A DNA stretch of 64,000 nucleotides from Podarcis tiliguerta. Its lineage: Eukaryota. Location of the stretch: the NCBI GenBank assembly GCA_965153285.1, contig OZ229115.1; one strand, given 5' to 3'. Below, one piece after another: positions 24,005 to 37,591 of this stretch. The number at the start of each line of letters is the position of its first letter. Within the stretch, counting starts at the first letter, position 1. Under the pieces are notes generated by a model that was not told the origin of the DNA, did not search any database, and saw nothing but the letters and a program-made list of their open reading frames with translations. The translations under genes were made by a program, and so were the position numbers.

Positions 24005-25037
24005 AAGGTATTGAGGAAAACCAAAAGCAGATGCACCATGGCATTTCTTCATTCCGCTTTATGGATACACAACCCGTCTGTCTATCTGTCTGCAGGCACT
24101 GCAGTCATCTGCAAGGGATTCCACAATGAGGGCAATTAAATTTATCTCATTGCCCTCAGGGGGCAGGCAAAATTTAAACACACCCCTGTCCTTGTGTGAC
24201 TGCAAACACCTTTCAGTTCAGCAGGTTTATGGGCAGGGAAAAGGATTACCAGGGTGAAGAAGGAGGAGCCAGAAAGTAAAACTGAGCCTGTTCATTTCTG
24301 CCCAGGCTGCCCAAAGCATCCCAGTCTGAGATCCCTCTGGAAATGACAACCATCCTTCCATCTTCCCAGCCAATGTAGCAGCTTACAGAGAATAACAAAA
24401 ATGCTAGCAGTCTTGCCACAGCCGAGAAAGGAGGAAAGCAGAAGCCTGCATACAGAAGCAAGTGCTTGAAAGGAGGGTTGCTTCTTCCCATCATTCGCTT
24501 GCTGCTTCCCTATTCCACATCCAACATTCTATTGGCAACACTATGCTGTTTCTTCTTATTGATTGACAGGGTTTCTCTGCTGCCTTATGATACAATTGAG
24601 CTCAAGGTAATTGAGCTCAATGGCTTGTTTGGGGTTTTTTTGTTTTTTTTGTTTAGAAAATCAAAGCAACCAATATAATATAGCATGGAGAAGAACATGA
24701 CAATTACAAAGGTTATATTGGGGAGGGGGGATTTAAAATCTAGATAAGAAGCACTAAAAACAGCAGCAGCAAGACTCCAGCCATCAAAGAGGTGACCAAT
24801 CATGTTTTATAACTATGGCACCACTGGGGGGGGGATATATCCTGAACGGAGCATCATTTAAATCAATGAAAAGATGACACATGGAGCAGGACCTCTAAGG
24901 ATGCTCTTATAGCATAGGAAATCTAATGGGAAAGTAAACAAACACCTGGTGTATGGATGAATCTCCAACTAGACTTGACAGGCTCATAGGAGCCACAACA
25001 ATTTTCATCTAAAAATGTCACTTGGCCTTTTAGAAAA

Positions 25038-25121
25038 TGTGTGATCTCATGGTCCCTGGGAGGACATCCCAGGGGCCATAGGATATAAAGGAGCAAGCGC
25101 TCGCTTTTGCTTTCGCTTTCG

Positions 25122-25155
<34 letters not shown>

Positions 25156-25516
25156 AAAGGGGAGATCTGCTCCTGGATGCCTGCCCAGAGCAATGGGGAA
25201 AACGTCTCCTTTGCCATCAGTGATCCAGCACAGAGAGGGGAAAGGGGGTCATTCCACAGGCAGGTTGGGGCAGATCAGGTGAGGCTCTGGATCCACTAGA
25301 TCCAAACCCCTTCCTTTGCCAGAACCCCAACCACCCACCACCACTCACACACAAAAGAAAGGGGGAGGAAATATGCCAGGTCTGAGACTGGCATATGTTA
25401 CCAATAGGAGGGGAAATACGCCCCCCCCCCAAAAAAAAACACACACCCCCACCTAAAGATAAGAATGGGCAGATCAGTAATAAACGGTGGTAGAAAAGTT
25501 ACAAAGTATTCGCACA
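25038..25516 (+). mobile_element. Possible solo LTR
   Basis: TGTGTGA...TCGCACA near-inverted termini; TATAAAG at 25084; AATAAA at 25479; (TC)n; TSD not convincing. Confidence 0.4.
25125..25152. repeat. (TC)n microsatellite
   Basis: Direct read. Confidence 0.95.
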
Positions 25517-26905
25517 TAATATTTCTGCCTTGCTAATGGGAGCCCAGAGACACTTTGCATTTAGCAGTTCTTCTGCTATGGATTTCCCCTCCCCATAGGA
25601 TTGCTCTGTAAATATGAAGAACTTCCAGAACACCTGGTAGACTCTAATCTGCTCCTTGTACTTGCTAGCAATTCCATGTAAAGGAACTTCAGTATCAGTA
25701 GGAACAATTAGAGTGACCACTCAGGTTTAAGATTCTCTTACCAGTATCTCCATAGGCAGACATTTCTTAAAATAGTGAAAACTTAGCTTACAGCTAAACA
25801 GGGGGGAAATGCCCAGTGAAATTAACACTGGAGCTGTCCCAGCTCTGACTTACTCAATGGGTATAATTAAGCGGTCTGATGAAGACTTGAATTAGCTCGT
25901 TAGCCTGCACATCCGTGATGAAGTTCAGAAAGCATCAGGAAAATCTCTCAGTGGAAAGTCTGTCTGTCCTGAGATTTGAAAAAGGTAGAGTGTACTCTTC
26001 TCAATCAGGCACCTGATCACCCAGTTTTCCAGGCGGTGGCCTAGGCTGATTAAACTTTCGCCTCTCTAAAACTCAGTGATGAATTATTCCATCCACTCTC
26101 AGTATCAACAAAAGAAAGGACCGAGACAGGGAATTCCAAAACCCTGCAATGGGAATAGTTGTGTAGTGGCAAATCCAGAACTGCAGGGTCCCTTTATGAC
26201 AGTCACAGCCACACACCCTCATAGCCATGCCCCCTTCTAAGATTACCCAACAACTGGATAATCATACAATGATAATAATTAGGGATGCCCTGCAGCCATC
26301 ACTGCATATCGACTCTTTAGAGCTACACCAATGACTGGCAATACCCAGACAGCTTTAGCAATGGAGATGTGGGCATACCCTCATCAGTGAAAAGTCTAAA
26401 GGCAGGTCAATTTAAAGCAGAAACTAAAGGGTTTGTCTTTGCTATCCAAAGCTCTGTACTTGCTGCCAGTGAACAATGACAATGGATACAGATACCTGCA
26501 GAAAATGCAAATATAAATCAAGAACAATAGAACATGGAGGTGTCTTATCCTGTACATTATATCTTATCAGATATACTGAGGTTGCAAAGCTCATTCCCGA
26601 TCAACTGGATAGGAAGTACCAATGAATCAGTTCCTTACTATAAATAAACTCTTCAGCCTGTTCTTGAGGAAAATGGTTTCATTGTGTATTTGTATAAACC
26701 TAGCATAACAGATGAAACTATATATTACAATGGACTAGGCATAATTCTAGTGCACACCCTACCCCCAAATACCCTACCATAATAGATATTGCAATATTTG
26801 TCATACATAACATGTGGAGCCAGGAGAACATAGAGATTTTTTTAAAAAAATGAAAATATAACACTAAAGATAAAGCACACAGAGAAACTCAAGGTAATTC
26901 ATATA

Positions 26906-27420
26906 CACCTGGAATATTCTATCCTGTTCTGGGTGCCACAACTTAATACCTGTGGGTAAAGGGTGGTATACAAATTTAAGAAGGATAGTGACATGCAGAG
27001 GAGGGCAACCAAGATGATCACGGATCTAGAAACCAAGCTTTATGAGGAACCATTGAGTGAGATGGAATAGAGGTGGCTGAGAGGAGATATGATAGCCATT
27101 TTCAAATATCTAAAGGGCTGTCACATGGAGACGGGATCAAGTGTGTTTCCTTCTGCTCTGGAGGGCAGGACTTGAACCAATGGACTCAAGATACAAGAAA
27201 GGAAATTCTGACTAAACATCAGGAAGAACTTTCTGATCATAAGAGCTGTTTGACAGTGGAATTGAATCCCGTGGGACGTTGTGGGTTCTCCTTCCTTGGA
27301 GGTTTTTAAGCAGAGGTTGGATGGTCATCTGTCATGGATGCTTTAGTTGAGATTCCTGCATTGCAGGGGGTTGGGCTAAAAGACCCTCGGGGTCCCTTCC
27401 AACCCTACAATTCTATGATT
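26906..27420 (+). mobile_element. CR1 LINE 3' fragment
   Basis: agagg agggcaaccaagatgatc (QRRATKMI-like) and LRGDMIAIFKYLKG-like remnants; CR1 terminus cccttccaac...ATTCTATGATT. Confidence 0.85.
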
Positions 27421-28305
27421 ATTAGGGTCCACTCTTGTCACGATGTCCTAAACTGCCACCAGGAGTTAGGCACAGAAGGAAAGGATCCAGCTGAGTTCTT
27501 CTCTTCCACATTCCCAGCAGAGAAGCAGCATCTCTAGAACGCAGAACTCTTGAACAAGGACAACCAAAGAGAGTTCCTCCCAAGCCAGACTCCCCTCCAA
27601 GGAACCATGTCTCAGTATCCAAGAAGTGCCTTCAAGGCTCCAGACCAAGGATCACAACTCTTGAGCCATTGGGGTGGGAGGGGGATGTCTTGGAAGAATA
27701 CAAGGTGCCCTTTGAAGCTTGGATTTCATTTCCATGCATTCCTTGCCCTCAGTGACCTGTCCATGGTCCTGCAAGCTTGATGACTGATCCACCACTTTAA
27801 GCTCTCTTCCCTTTCCTCCTCCCAATCTACAGGGCAGATTCCCCTGCCTGCCAGGCTATCTGTTGGCCTCACCAACTCAATGCAAATCAATTATACAGCA
27901 GTCATGGAAGCAGAGAATAAATACTTTCCCCTCCAACATTGCAGTGCCTTCCTGTGAAGCTATTCTGAGTGCTCCAGGCCTTTTTCCAAGGGGGCATGCA
28001 GCTGATCTTAAGGAAACTTCAGTGAACCCATTGTGAATTGTTTGCTAAGCACTGTGACAACACAGTTGCTTGAATCTGTCTTGACTTGCATGCCATCCTG
28101 TGGGCAGAACAGTCACAGCTAAGTCATATTTCTTTGGATGAATTTTGGTTATTGCAGCCTGAGGATGCAGAAAAGGTGCTTGGAAAGGAATGGCTTATTA
28201 TTTGGCTGCTTGCCTACCTGACTGATAATATTGAGCATGAAATGAATGACTAGATGGATCCAGGAAGAGATTAATACTGCATTATGAAACTAAGTAGTCC
28301 CAACT

Positions 28306-29024
28306 TGTGATGGCCTGGGATTCGGATCCGGATGCTGAACCTGAGGAATCCCAGCCTGCACAGGATTCCCCGCCTCCAGAACCAGCTGAGCCAGGGCTGG
28401 GGCATGAGCATGAAGGGTCCTCACCTGCAGTGGCGTAGCGTGGGTTGTCAGCACCCGGGGCAAGGCAAGTAATTTGCGCCCCCTAACCCGTGGATTTGCG
28501 CCCCCTAACCCTAACCCCCAGATGTTGTGCCCGGTGCGGCCGGCCCCCCTGCACCCCCCACGCTACGCCACTGCTCACCTGTGCTGGATCCTCCGGTGCA
28601 GGCACCAGCTGAGTCTGCTCTGGCTCCTGAGGGGGTGGAGGACCCATTGCCTGCAGGTGCTCCACTCTCAGCCCCGGAAGCTGGGGTTGTCTCTGGGTCC
28701 AGGAACCCTGCAAAGGCTCAGGGCAAAGAGGTGGGGGGAACTAAGTTCCCACAGGAGGAGTGCTCGCCTCCAGGCCAGGAGAGGAGAGTCACCTGAGGAT
28801 CGGGCTGTCCTGTGCCTCGGGGCAGATAAAAGCCAGCCAGCCTCAGTCCCAAGTTATGGGAGCAACTTCGTTGGTTGTCAGTTCCTGCCTGAACCCTGTC
28901 CTGCTATCCTGCCGGCACTCCTGACCTCACCCGACTACCTGCCCTACATCCAGCTTCAACTTTTATGGACTGCCTCCATACCGCACCTTTGACCTTGGAC
29001 TGGTTAGCCCACGGGACCAGCACA
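28306..29024 (+). mobile_element. Solo LTR containing a hAT MITE
   Basis: TGTGATGG...CCAGCACA termini; 5-bp TSD CA(A/G)CT (28301-28305, 29025-29029); GATAAAAG TATA-like box near 28825. Confidence 0.8.
28428..28573. mobile_element. Young hAT MITE, 146 bp, carrying CCCTAA hexamers
   Basis: Perfect 17-bp TIR CAGTGGCGTAGCGTGGG; perfect 8-bp TSD CTCACCTG. Confidence 0.93.
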
Positions 29025-29414
29025 CAGCTATCTAGAAGGAGGTGATAATGATATTACTTCTGAAGAAACTCTTCTGGGACCCTAAAGATTTTTCTACTCG
29101 CTTATATCCTGTACAAGGTGTTCTAAAACTCTAGGCAATCTTGGGTGACCCTGATTATGTACATCCATTTCTGCCTTTCTTCTATTCTGGGTTTGGCAAT
29201 GAACCTATCCTGGTTGCCAGTGTTGGATCACTTATATGGGGAGAGTATAATCCTATTTGCTCATCCTCAACCTCTCAGGAGCTTTCAGTACCATTGACAA
29301 AGTTATTGTTCTGGACCATCTGTCTCAGCTGGGAATTGGGAGGCGTTCAAGTAAGCTTTTCTCAGAGCTGACCCACTGAAATGAATGAACCTACATTAAA
29401 CAACCTAAATCAAC

Positions 29415-29583
29415 AACTGTCTGACTTTTGGAAGACATCTGAAGGCAGCCCTGTATTGGGAAATTTTCAATGTCTGATCTTTTACAATTTTTTATATATA
29501 CTGTAAGCCGCCTCAAGTGTCTGGGGAAACCCAGCCAGATGGGCAGGGTATAAATATCATCATCATCATCATCATCATCATCA
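29415..29583 (+). mobile_element. Short L2 3' terminal fragment
   Basis: Matches the end of 32093-32835 (aagacatctgaaggcagccctg...gatgggcagggtataaat) plus (ATC)n tail. Confidence 0.8.
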
Positions 29584-32092
29584 ATAGGTTTGCTTTCAGT
29601 AAAAATTGGCTGAATAGCACCCACTGTGTTCCATGTGAGTTTGGGTATACTGTGCAATGTGTAACAACCAACCATCTTACTATCCTTCTTTGTTGGTGCT
29701 TCAAGCCGCAAGGCCATTTACTCCCCATTCGCCATTTTGTGTAAATAAACATTGTAGATTTGTTAAGATTGGTATTTGTTGGTTCTTGCCAATTTCCCCC
29801 AAATAAGCAAGGCAATGCTGGTGTTTCTAAACTAGTGATCATATCCATTGCAATATCACCTGAGGAACACAATCACTTCCAGCAGTTTCCCCAAATTAGT
29901 TCCATGAGCATGCAGGCAAAACACAAGCTCATTTGTTTATAGACACACATGCAGATCGGAATACAGCTTTGCTTTATAGCATTGTTTTTGCTGCGGTTTC
30001 ACTCAGTTTTGTTTTGTATCTTGAAAGCTTTTTTAAAAATAATAATAATAATTGTAAGCCACCTAGGAAGGGGAAAGGAGATAGTGTGGAGCCTATGTTT
30101 GTAAAATACATATAATTATAAGGGGTTCTGACTCTTGTGAAACAAAATGGCTGTGTTCAATCCTTTGCATTTGTTAATTCAGCTTAATTCATATGCAGAT
30201 CTGAAAGAAGTCCCATTGAAGTTAAGTGGGAGGTCAAACAAAACAAATCCCAACTTCACCCAATGCAGCAAGATTCTCTCTGCTGCCCTGGTGATTAGTC
30301 AAAAGGCAAGATGGATAAACTGGATGAACAAGCTTTGCAAAACCTTGGTCCCAGAAACTGGAAATAATTGCTGCTGGCTGAAAATGTTTCCTAGTGGGGC
30401 AGGCTAGCACCCCTCTTTGCCTTTCCCATCATTGCTTTAAGCTTTTCTCTCTTTTCTGAATTTGAGAGAAGGGGAAAAATGGTTTTAATTAACAGAGATG
30501 ACTGGCGAATTTCTCTCCTGTAATGAGACATGTTTAAAACATTAGCCTCCAATTTATGAAAATTTAATGTGCTTTAGAAGAGACATTGAAAATATTTTAC
30601 AGTTGCAAACATTGCCAGGAGCTCTCCTCAGTGAGTGGGCTCTTGCCAAAAAAGATGCTGCAACGTTCCAAGTCGGTACCACTAATAGGATTCCACCCAG
30701 ATGAAAGTGTAAGGGTGGCTGAGCTCACACACTGGGTATTGAAGTGAAGGCCCAAGACAGGTGTTGATCATGATGTGAGCTGCACACAGGTGGTCTGAAG
30801 CGAGCGAGCGAGCTACCACCATTCCTGTGGAGCCTCCTTTTATTGAGACAAACATGCAAGCTAGGCAAATACATTTTTGGGCTGTGACCTTTACACATCT
30901 TCCGTCCCGAAATCGTGGGGTGGTGCAAAGTTATTTTGGCACCTGTTCCACAGTGTCATTTTCCCCTTGCACAGTGTATGACGTAGGAGACAAAAGGTCT
31001 CATGGAAAAGGGTTACAGACAGGACACCGCAAACTGCTGAGATTGCGAAAGGTCAGGCAGAGGTGGAATGATGTACAGACAGCTGTGGCTTGTCTTGGGG
31101 GCGGGTTGCCCCTGCACCCCAAGGTCACGCGTGCAGGCAGACTGTGGCTGCCTGCTGGTGGGGAAGTGTGCTCCCTCCGGACCCCACTTCCCCACTCTGC
31201 GATATCCCTACAGGTATTTACTCTGGGATTATCACTCTTTGTTTACTCCCTTTCTGAGGGCATCTGTATAACATCATCCTCAAATTATTGCTGGCCTGTG
31301 TTTCCCCTGTGGTTCTTCCATATCCTTGAGACTTCTGAATGGCTTTGGGGTACAGAAAGGATTCTCCACAGGCAAAGATCGCCTGAGCACTACTGCCTTC
31401 TTGAAGAGGCAAGGTTTCAACATGCACAGTGATGTTTCAGGCAGTTCAGCCTAATGCCTCTTCATTTCAGCACAATTTTAGAGGTGCGGGGTTCTGGAAA
31501 CAATTTTTAAATTTGTGCTAAAATGTTTTTCCACCTTTTTTTTAAAGTGCCCTACACACTTAAAAGAAGTATTTTAAATGCAAAATTTAAAATGGCTATG
31601 CTGCTAAAATGACATACTTAGGTGCAGTGACACATGTAGAAATGTGCAAAGAAAATAGCAGGGTGGATGCTCACAATTGTACCTGGAGTCACCGGGAATT
31701 GAACCTGTGGCCTTTTGCATGCAAAGGATATGTCTTACCACTAAGCTACAGCCCTTCTCTGCCTTAATGTGAGGTGTACCAGCAGAAATGCCCTCTTCTG
31801 CGTAACTCCAAAAGGTGCAGCAGCCATGCTCTCTTTTGCTTCTGCACTGCCACCACCCCAGCTGAGCCGTAATGTGCTATGGGTGGCATAAATAGTGGCT
31901 TCTGTATGGATATTATAGAGCAAAATGGGATTTAAGATGCTGCAGTCACTCGTACTTATAGAATCATAGAAATGAACAGTTGAGAGGGACCCCAACGGTC
32001 AGCTAGTCCACAGCTTCTGAATCCCTGCTTGATTGTGATCTAACATCTTACTGAACCCTTCCAAAAAAGTGCTCTCTCTTTCCTCCCACAGA

Positions 32093-32835
32093 CTGTGGAA
32101 AGTCAGGTGCGCAGCCTGGGAGTCATTTTGGACTCACAGCTGTCCATGGAGGTGCAGGTCAATTCTGTGTCTAGGGCAGCTCTTTACCAGCTCTATCTGG
32201 TAGGCAGGCTGAGACCCTACTTGCCTGCGGACTGTCCCGCCAGAGTGGTGCATGCTCTAGTTATCTCTCACTTGGATTACTACAATGCACTCTATGTGGG
32301 GCTACCTTTGAAGAAGACCCGGAAACTACAACTAATCCAGAACGCGGCAGCTAGACTGGTGACTGGGGGCGGCTGCCAAGACCACATAACACCGGTCTTG
32401 AAAGACCTACATTGGCTCCCAGTATGTTTCTGAGCACAATTCAAAGTGTTGGTGCTGACCTTTCAAGCTCTAAACGACCTCAGCTAAGTATACCTGAAGG
32501 AGCGTCTCCACCCCCCCTTCTACCCGGACACTGAGGTCCAGCACCAAGGGTCTTCTGGCGGTTCCCTCACTGTGAGAAGCCAAGTTACAGGGAACCAGGC
32601 AGAGGGCCTTCTTGGTAGTGGCACCCGCCCTGTGGAACACCCTCCCACCAGATGTCAAAGAGAACAACAACTACCAGACTTTTAGAAGACATCTAAAGGC
32701 AGCCCTGTTTAGGGAAGCTTTTAATGTTTGATGCATTACTGCATTTTAATATTTGAAAGCCGCCCAAAGTGGCTGGGGAAGCCCATCCAGATGGGCAGGG
32801 TATAAATAATAAGTTATTATCATTATCATTATTAT
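32093..32835 (+). mobile_element. 5'-truncated L2 LINE (ORF2 C-terminus plus 3'UTR)
   Basis: VRSLGVILDSQLS...VHALVISHLDYYNALYVGLP...KLQLIQNAAARLV...HITPVLKDLHWLP is the classic L2 ORF2 end; in-frame stop; (ATT)n tail. Confidence 0.92.
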
Positions 32836-35007
32836 TCAGCATGCAGCTTACAGCACAAAAGCAAGGACAGGTTAGCACCAAAGGTTGGCCACCGGAAAGC
32901 AGCCTGCAAAAGGAGGTGCTATTCAGCATCTCGAGGCATTGCCTGCAAAGTAAGCGACACAACCCCATGTCCAGGACTTATCATCTATAAATTACCATTG
33001 GGCAAAAACAAGTTCAACGAGGGGAGGGAATGCTAATCGCCAAATCTGAAATGAGCCAAAGGGAAATGGGAATTACTGTTGGAGCTGACATTCATTTGTC
33101 TTTATCTGCTTCACTCATGGCTCTCCCTTCTCCATTTCCACTCATTGCCAGATATGGACATTGATTATGTCCTCCTTTTGTCCTCCTTTAATCACCCTGT
33201 TGTCCAAGAGAGATTGTTCTGAATTGTTCACTGTGAGCACATTAATTCAGCCTAACAGACCACTACAACTCTTCCTCATGTAACTTGCACAGCTGCATGA
33301 GAAATCCTTATTTGTGCATGCAGTTCATTTAACAAGTGTACGATCTGTGCACACAGATAGTTGAGCTGTACAGTCCTACATTTATTCACATGTAAATTCA
33401 ACAAGTGCATAGTCGGTGTACACAGTGATTGAGTTGTACAAATCAACAAGTCTACATTCTTTCCCACAGACACTTGCACATGCAAGGTTGTCCGTGTGTT
33501 CAGCGTAATGTGTGAGCAAGCCTCCTGCTTGCTGCCATGTGCTATGCACAATCCAGGCTGGTGGTTTTTTATTTTTTATTTTATTTATTTAAGATTTCAC
33601 ATGGAGAGGTTGCTTAAATGAACCTGAAACCCCTTCTGCACCTGTCTCGTCTGTCAAAATGCTTATGGGGACCAAATTCCACTGCAGTCAATGAGAATTT
33701 TATGCCATTAAAGTCTAAGTTAATTGCTTTTCAACAGCGCTCTACTTATTGTTAAAAGAGGAAACATACCCCCCAAAGGCTACAATATTGTAGGGATGAA
33801 CTTTCTGCTGACAGAAGCCTTGCTTTCACATCACTGTTCCTATAATTACCTGACTCTTGCAATAACACAACGCTACCCTGTACTGCTGGGAATGTACAGC
33901 AGTGTACACAAGACAGAATCCCACTGCTAAAGTGAAGGATGCTGATATACAGCCAGGACACGAGTGGCATCTACAGGTGGTTTATCAATACTGCACATGT
34001 GCTTGTCATTACAGTAAGCCCACAACCTACACACATTTAACTTGTGCACATTCTGCTTCACGCACCAGGCAACAAAAATTAAAGAGGGGGGCAGAAAGGG
34101 GAAAAAGACCTGCCCAACATTGCACCCAATGTGTTTTGACTATACACAATTTTGGCTTTAGGCGTGGGCTTACCGTATTCTCATTTTGGTACTGCAGCAA
34201 GGATGTGAGTTACTACATGGCATGCACATTCAGATTCCATCTGTATCATGCCAACCTCTGAAACCTCCCAACAGGGACCAGACCCTATTTTAGTAGGCCA
34301 TACCAAAATCCATTAAATAAACCAGCTTCAGTGGGAGTTGATGAGCAAGAAATCTAACATGGAGGAGGATAACAGTCTGTTGGATACAGGTGTCTGGACC
34401 AAAAATGGAGGGGTGGCTCACCCATGCATGTTTATGATTTCAGGAGCAGAGCACCAACTTGCATGTGTGAATGATGAAGGTCACACTTTTAACACTAACG
34501 TAGTAGTTTGAAAATATTTCACTATTAAGCCAGATCTCAGATCCTTCTAAACATAATGCTTTTCATCGGAGTTGGTTCACACAAACAGCTTCAAGTAATC
34601 AAGCAAGGTGTATGACTTTGAGGAGTAGCCTCAGTGCTCATTGATAGACCAAATGTTTTGCTATCAGACAGTCCTGGGTTCAATCCTCAGCATATACAGG
34701 TATGGCTGAACCAACTGAAACTCTGGAAAGCCATCACCAGGGACAATAGTAAGCTAGATGGACCTGTAGTCTAACTCAGTAAAGGGCAGATTTTGTGAAG
34801 CTGCTATTTGCAGAGGAAAGCAAGGAGTTTCACAGCCTAAACATGACAGTACATAGTACCATAGCTAAGCTATCCCAGTCATAGAAGGAGAATAGCTTAT
34901 GAATCAGCTGTAGCTGGGCACAGACAAGGAGTGTCACTAAAGCTTCAAGAGCATTCCCAAGCTATGACCTTCAAGAGAAGGGTAACACCATCCAGAACAG
35001 ACCAGTA

Positions 35008-35248
35008 TGGTCAAACCTTGGTTGTCAAATGTAATCTGTTAAGGAAGACCGTTTGACTTCCAAAACGTTCGACAACCAAAAACTGAAAGCGGAAGCCTCA
35101 ATACAATAGGGAAACTCAAAATGGAAGCCATGTAGCATGTTCCACTTCTGAAAATTGTTCAAAAACCGGAGCAGTTACTTCCAGGTTTTTGGCATTCAGG
35201 AGCCAAAATGTTTCAAAACGGAGGCATTCAGGAACCGATGTTTGACTG
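35008..35248. mobile_element. Tc1/mariner MITE, degenerate relative of 38686-38924
   Basis: TA-flanked; gtcaaacc...tttgactg termini; shared internal sequence. Confidence 0.7.
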
Positions 35249-35259
35249 TAACTCAACCC

Positions 35260-35610
35260 CATGGACCCAGGAAATGCTCCCCAAGAGTACCTTCGTCTTA
35301 TCAGGTACTGTCTTTCATCTGGCCCATTATTGCCTCTAGACACTGGTTGAGCTCCTAAACAGCCTCTCCTGATTCAGATGGAAGAGAGAAGTTTGGTGTC
35401 ATGCTGACGACACTGCATTCCAAAACCCCAATTACTCTCAGTGGCTTCATATAGATATCAAACAGCATTGACAGCAATATGGTATCCTGCAGGACAAGGG
35501 GCAGGGGACTGAGGAGCTTCCCAATTCTCTCTGGTATTGATGTTGTAAATAAGAGCAGAACCACCATATTACAGTGCCTCCAACACCCGGTCCACAGAGC
35601 CTACTGGTAC
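35260..35610 (-). mobile_element. L2 reverse-transcriptase fragment, degenerate
   Basis: VLQDTILLSMLFDIYMKPL corresponds to the non-LTR RT motif GVPQGSILSPxLFNIYMxPL. Confidence 0.7.
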
Positions 35611-35687
35611 AGAAAGATCAAGAACCAGCAAGGTTGCACTCCAGCCCACCTTCCAGTAAAGGTCATTTGATCAGGGCAACAAAGGGA

Positions 35688-35874
35688 AGGGATGCAGCTC
35701 AGTGGTAGATGCAACCACTTTGCATGCAGAAGGTCTGAGGTTTGACCCCTGGCATCTCTATATAAAGCTGGGAGAGACTCCCTGTCAAACCATGGAGAGC
35801 CATTGTCAGTCACTGTAAGACTATACTGCGCCAGATGAACTAACGGTCTGACCTGGCAATAAGGCAGCTTCCTA
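35688..35874 (+). mobile_element. Squam3-like tRNA SINE
   Basis: gggatgcagctcagtggtag A box; tRNA-like head; ...aaggcagcttccta tail. Confidence 0.75.
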
Positions 35875-36118
35875 CACACCTAACTATTGCAGAACAGATT
35901 GAAAATGTGCAGTCGGGAGAATTTAAGACTCCACTGTCAACACTATTTCTTGCATAGGACATAAGCATATATCAATAGCACAGATCATGTGAGTTGGTTG
36001 CCCATTGGTACTAGCCACAGTGCAGTGCAGATCATGGCAGGTAGTTGTACAAGTGCGGCAGAGGATTCAACAGATCTCTAAATTACACATGCCACTAGTC
36101 ACACGTTATATTCCAGAG

Positions 36119-36311
36119 AGTTTCCGTGTGCTCTGGTTTCCTTCATGGTTTTTCGTTGCCCCAGAAGTGGTTTAGTCATGCTGGCCACATGACCCGGAAA
36201 GCTGTCTGTGGACAAACGCCGGCTCCCTCGGCCTGAAAGCAAGATGAGCATCGAAATCCCATAGCTGCCTTTGACTGGACTTAACTGTCCAGGGGTCCTT
36301 TTCCTTTACCT
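36119..36311 (+). mobile_element. Sauria SINE 3' fragment
   Basis: tttccgtgtgctctgg...gctggccacatgacccgg...caggggtccttttcctttacc. Confidence 0.8.
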
Positions 36312-36944
36312 ATATTCCTTGATAAAAAAATACTCCACTTGAGCTAGATTAATATACAACAGCTAATAACCTGACTCCCCTAAACTACCTATATTGAGGA
36401 ACTACAGGAACATAAAAAGAAAATAATAATATATGAGCTTTCAAAATTCATCTGATTTCCTAAGGAAGTACAGATTTTACATGGAATGGTGTAAGGTTGC
36501 CACCCAGTGTTCAAATACAGGAATTTCATTTCTGTGGCTCAGTTAAGCATTCCATTGATTTGTGAATGGCCAAGGCTGAAATGCAGATGCGTACATGGAC
36601 CATCCCACTGCATATCTCATGTGAAATCTTAAAGCTTAAGCATTACACAAACCATCAACAAATAAGCATCAGTGATTACTCTGAAGGCTAAAATTCCCCA
36701 TTACCAACCAGCTCTGGTAAGTAAGATAAATCAAACTCTGAAAAGTGGAGAGGCAGAGAAATAAAATGCTTGGAAGAGCATACAGTGCCACAACTATATG
36801 ATCTATTCTGAACAGCCATCAAATTTCATAGTAAGGAAGGAGACTCTCATATATGAGCATCAAACCAAGAATACTACTTTCCTGACAAAGGCATTGTAAA
36901 CAGAGATCATGTTTGGGAGAATGATTTTCTGAGTATCTCATTAT

Positions 36945-37320
36945 TAATTAAATTTCTATACTGCCTTCATTCAAGGATCACAGGGTGGTTTACAATATAA
37001 AACACAAAAATACATAACAAAGTAACAAACAAAAACAGTGACCACCCCACACATTTTAAAAGGCCATAGATTGTTTAAATAGCCAAAGGCCTGGGAGAAG
37101 AGGAATGTTTTTAACTGGCGCCTAAAGATATGTAACAAAGGCACCAGGCAAGCTTTCTTGGGGAGAGCACCGCAGGGAGCCAGGGAGCCACCGCAGAAAA
37201 GGCCCCTTCTCGTGTTGTCATCCTCTGGACCTCTCATGGAGGAGACATGTGAAGAAGGGCTTCAGATGATGGTCAGATGGTCCACATCAGTTCATATGCA
37301 GAGAGGCAGTCCTTGAGTTA
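36945..37320 (-). mobile_element. L2 LINE 3' fragment
   Basis: FRRQLKTFLFSQAF, the typical L2 ORF2 terminal motif, followed by 3'UTR. Confidence 0.8.
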
Positions 37321-37591
37321 TTATAAAATATTGCGGGAAGTATTAAGAATCAGCATGTTCTTCTCTCTCTCTCTCTCTGTGCGAATCAGCTTCTATACCC
37401 TTCTGTGTGAGACTCACATCTAAATATACACTGGTAGGTTGTGGTAGTCTTCCATTTTTAGTTTACTTTTTTAAGCATTGTATTGTATTAATATTTCGGC
37501 CCTGTATACCATATGATTCATCTGTTGCTTTGCTGAGGATGTAAGAGACCGGGGGCGGGGAGAGACTACAAATGCAAGTAACTGAGCAATA

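Noticed and set aside
28474-28992. 172-aa ORF
   Set aside because: Runs across a MITE/LTR junction, so it cannot be an ancestral gene
30827-31432. 201-aa ORF, the longest in the track
   Set aside because: GTG start, no recognisable homology, no convincing splice context
33280-34060. Loosely repeated TGTACA/TGCACA-rich segments
   Set aside because: Most likely decayed DNA-transposon remnants; termini could not be defined
35688-35760. tRNA-like sequences (also near 4160-4232, 8865-8937, 22134)
   Set aside because: They continue into SINE bodies and have degenerate stems; these are SINE heads, not tRNA genes
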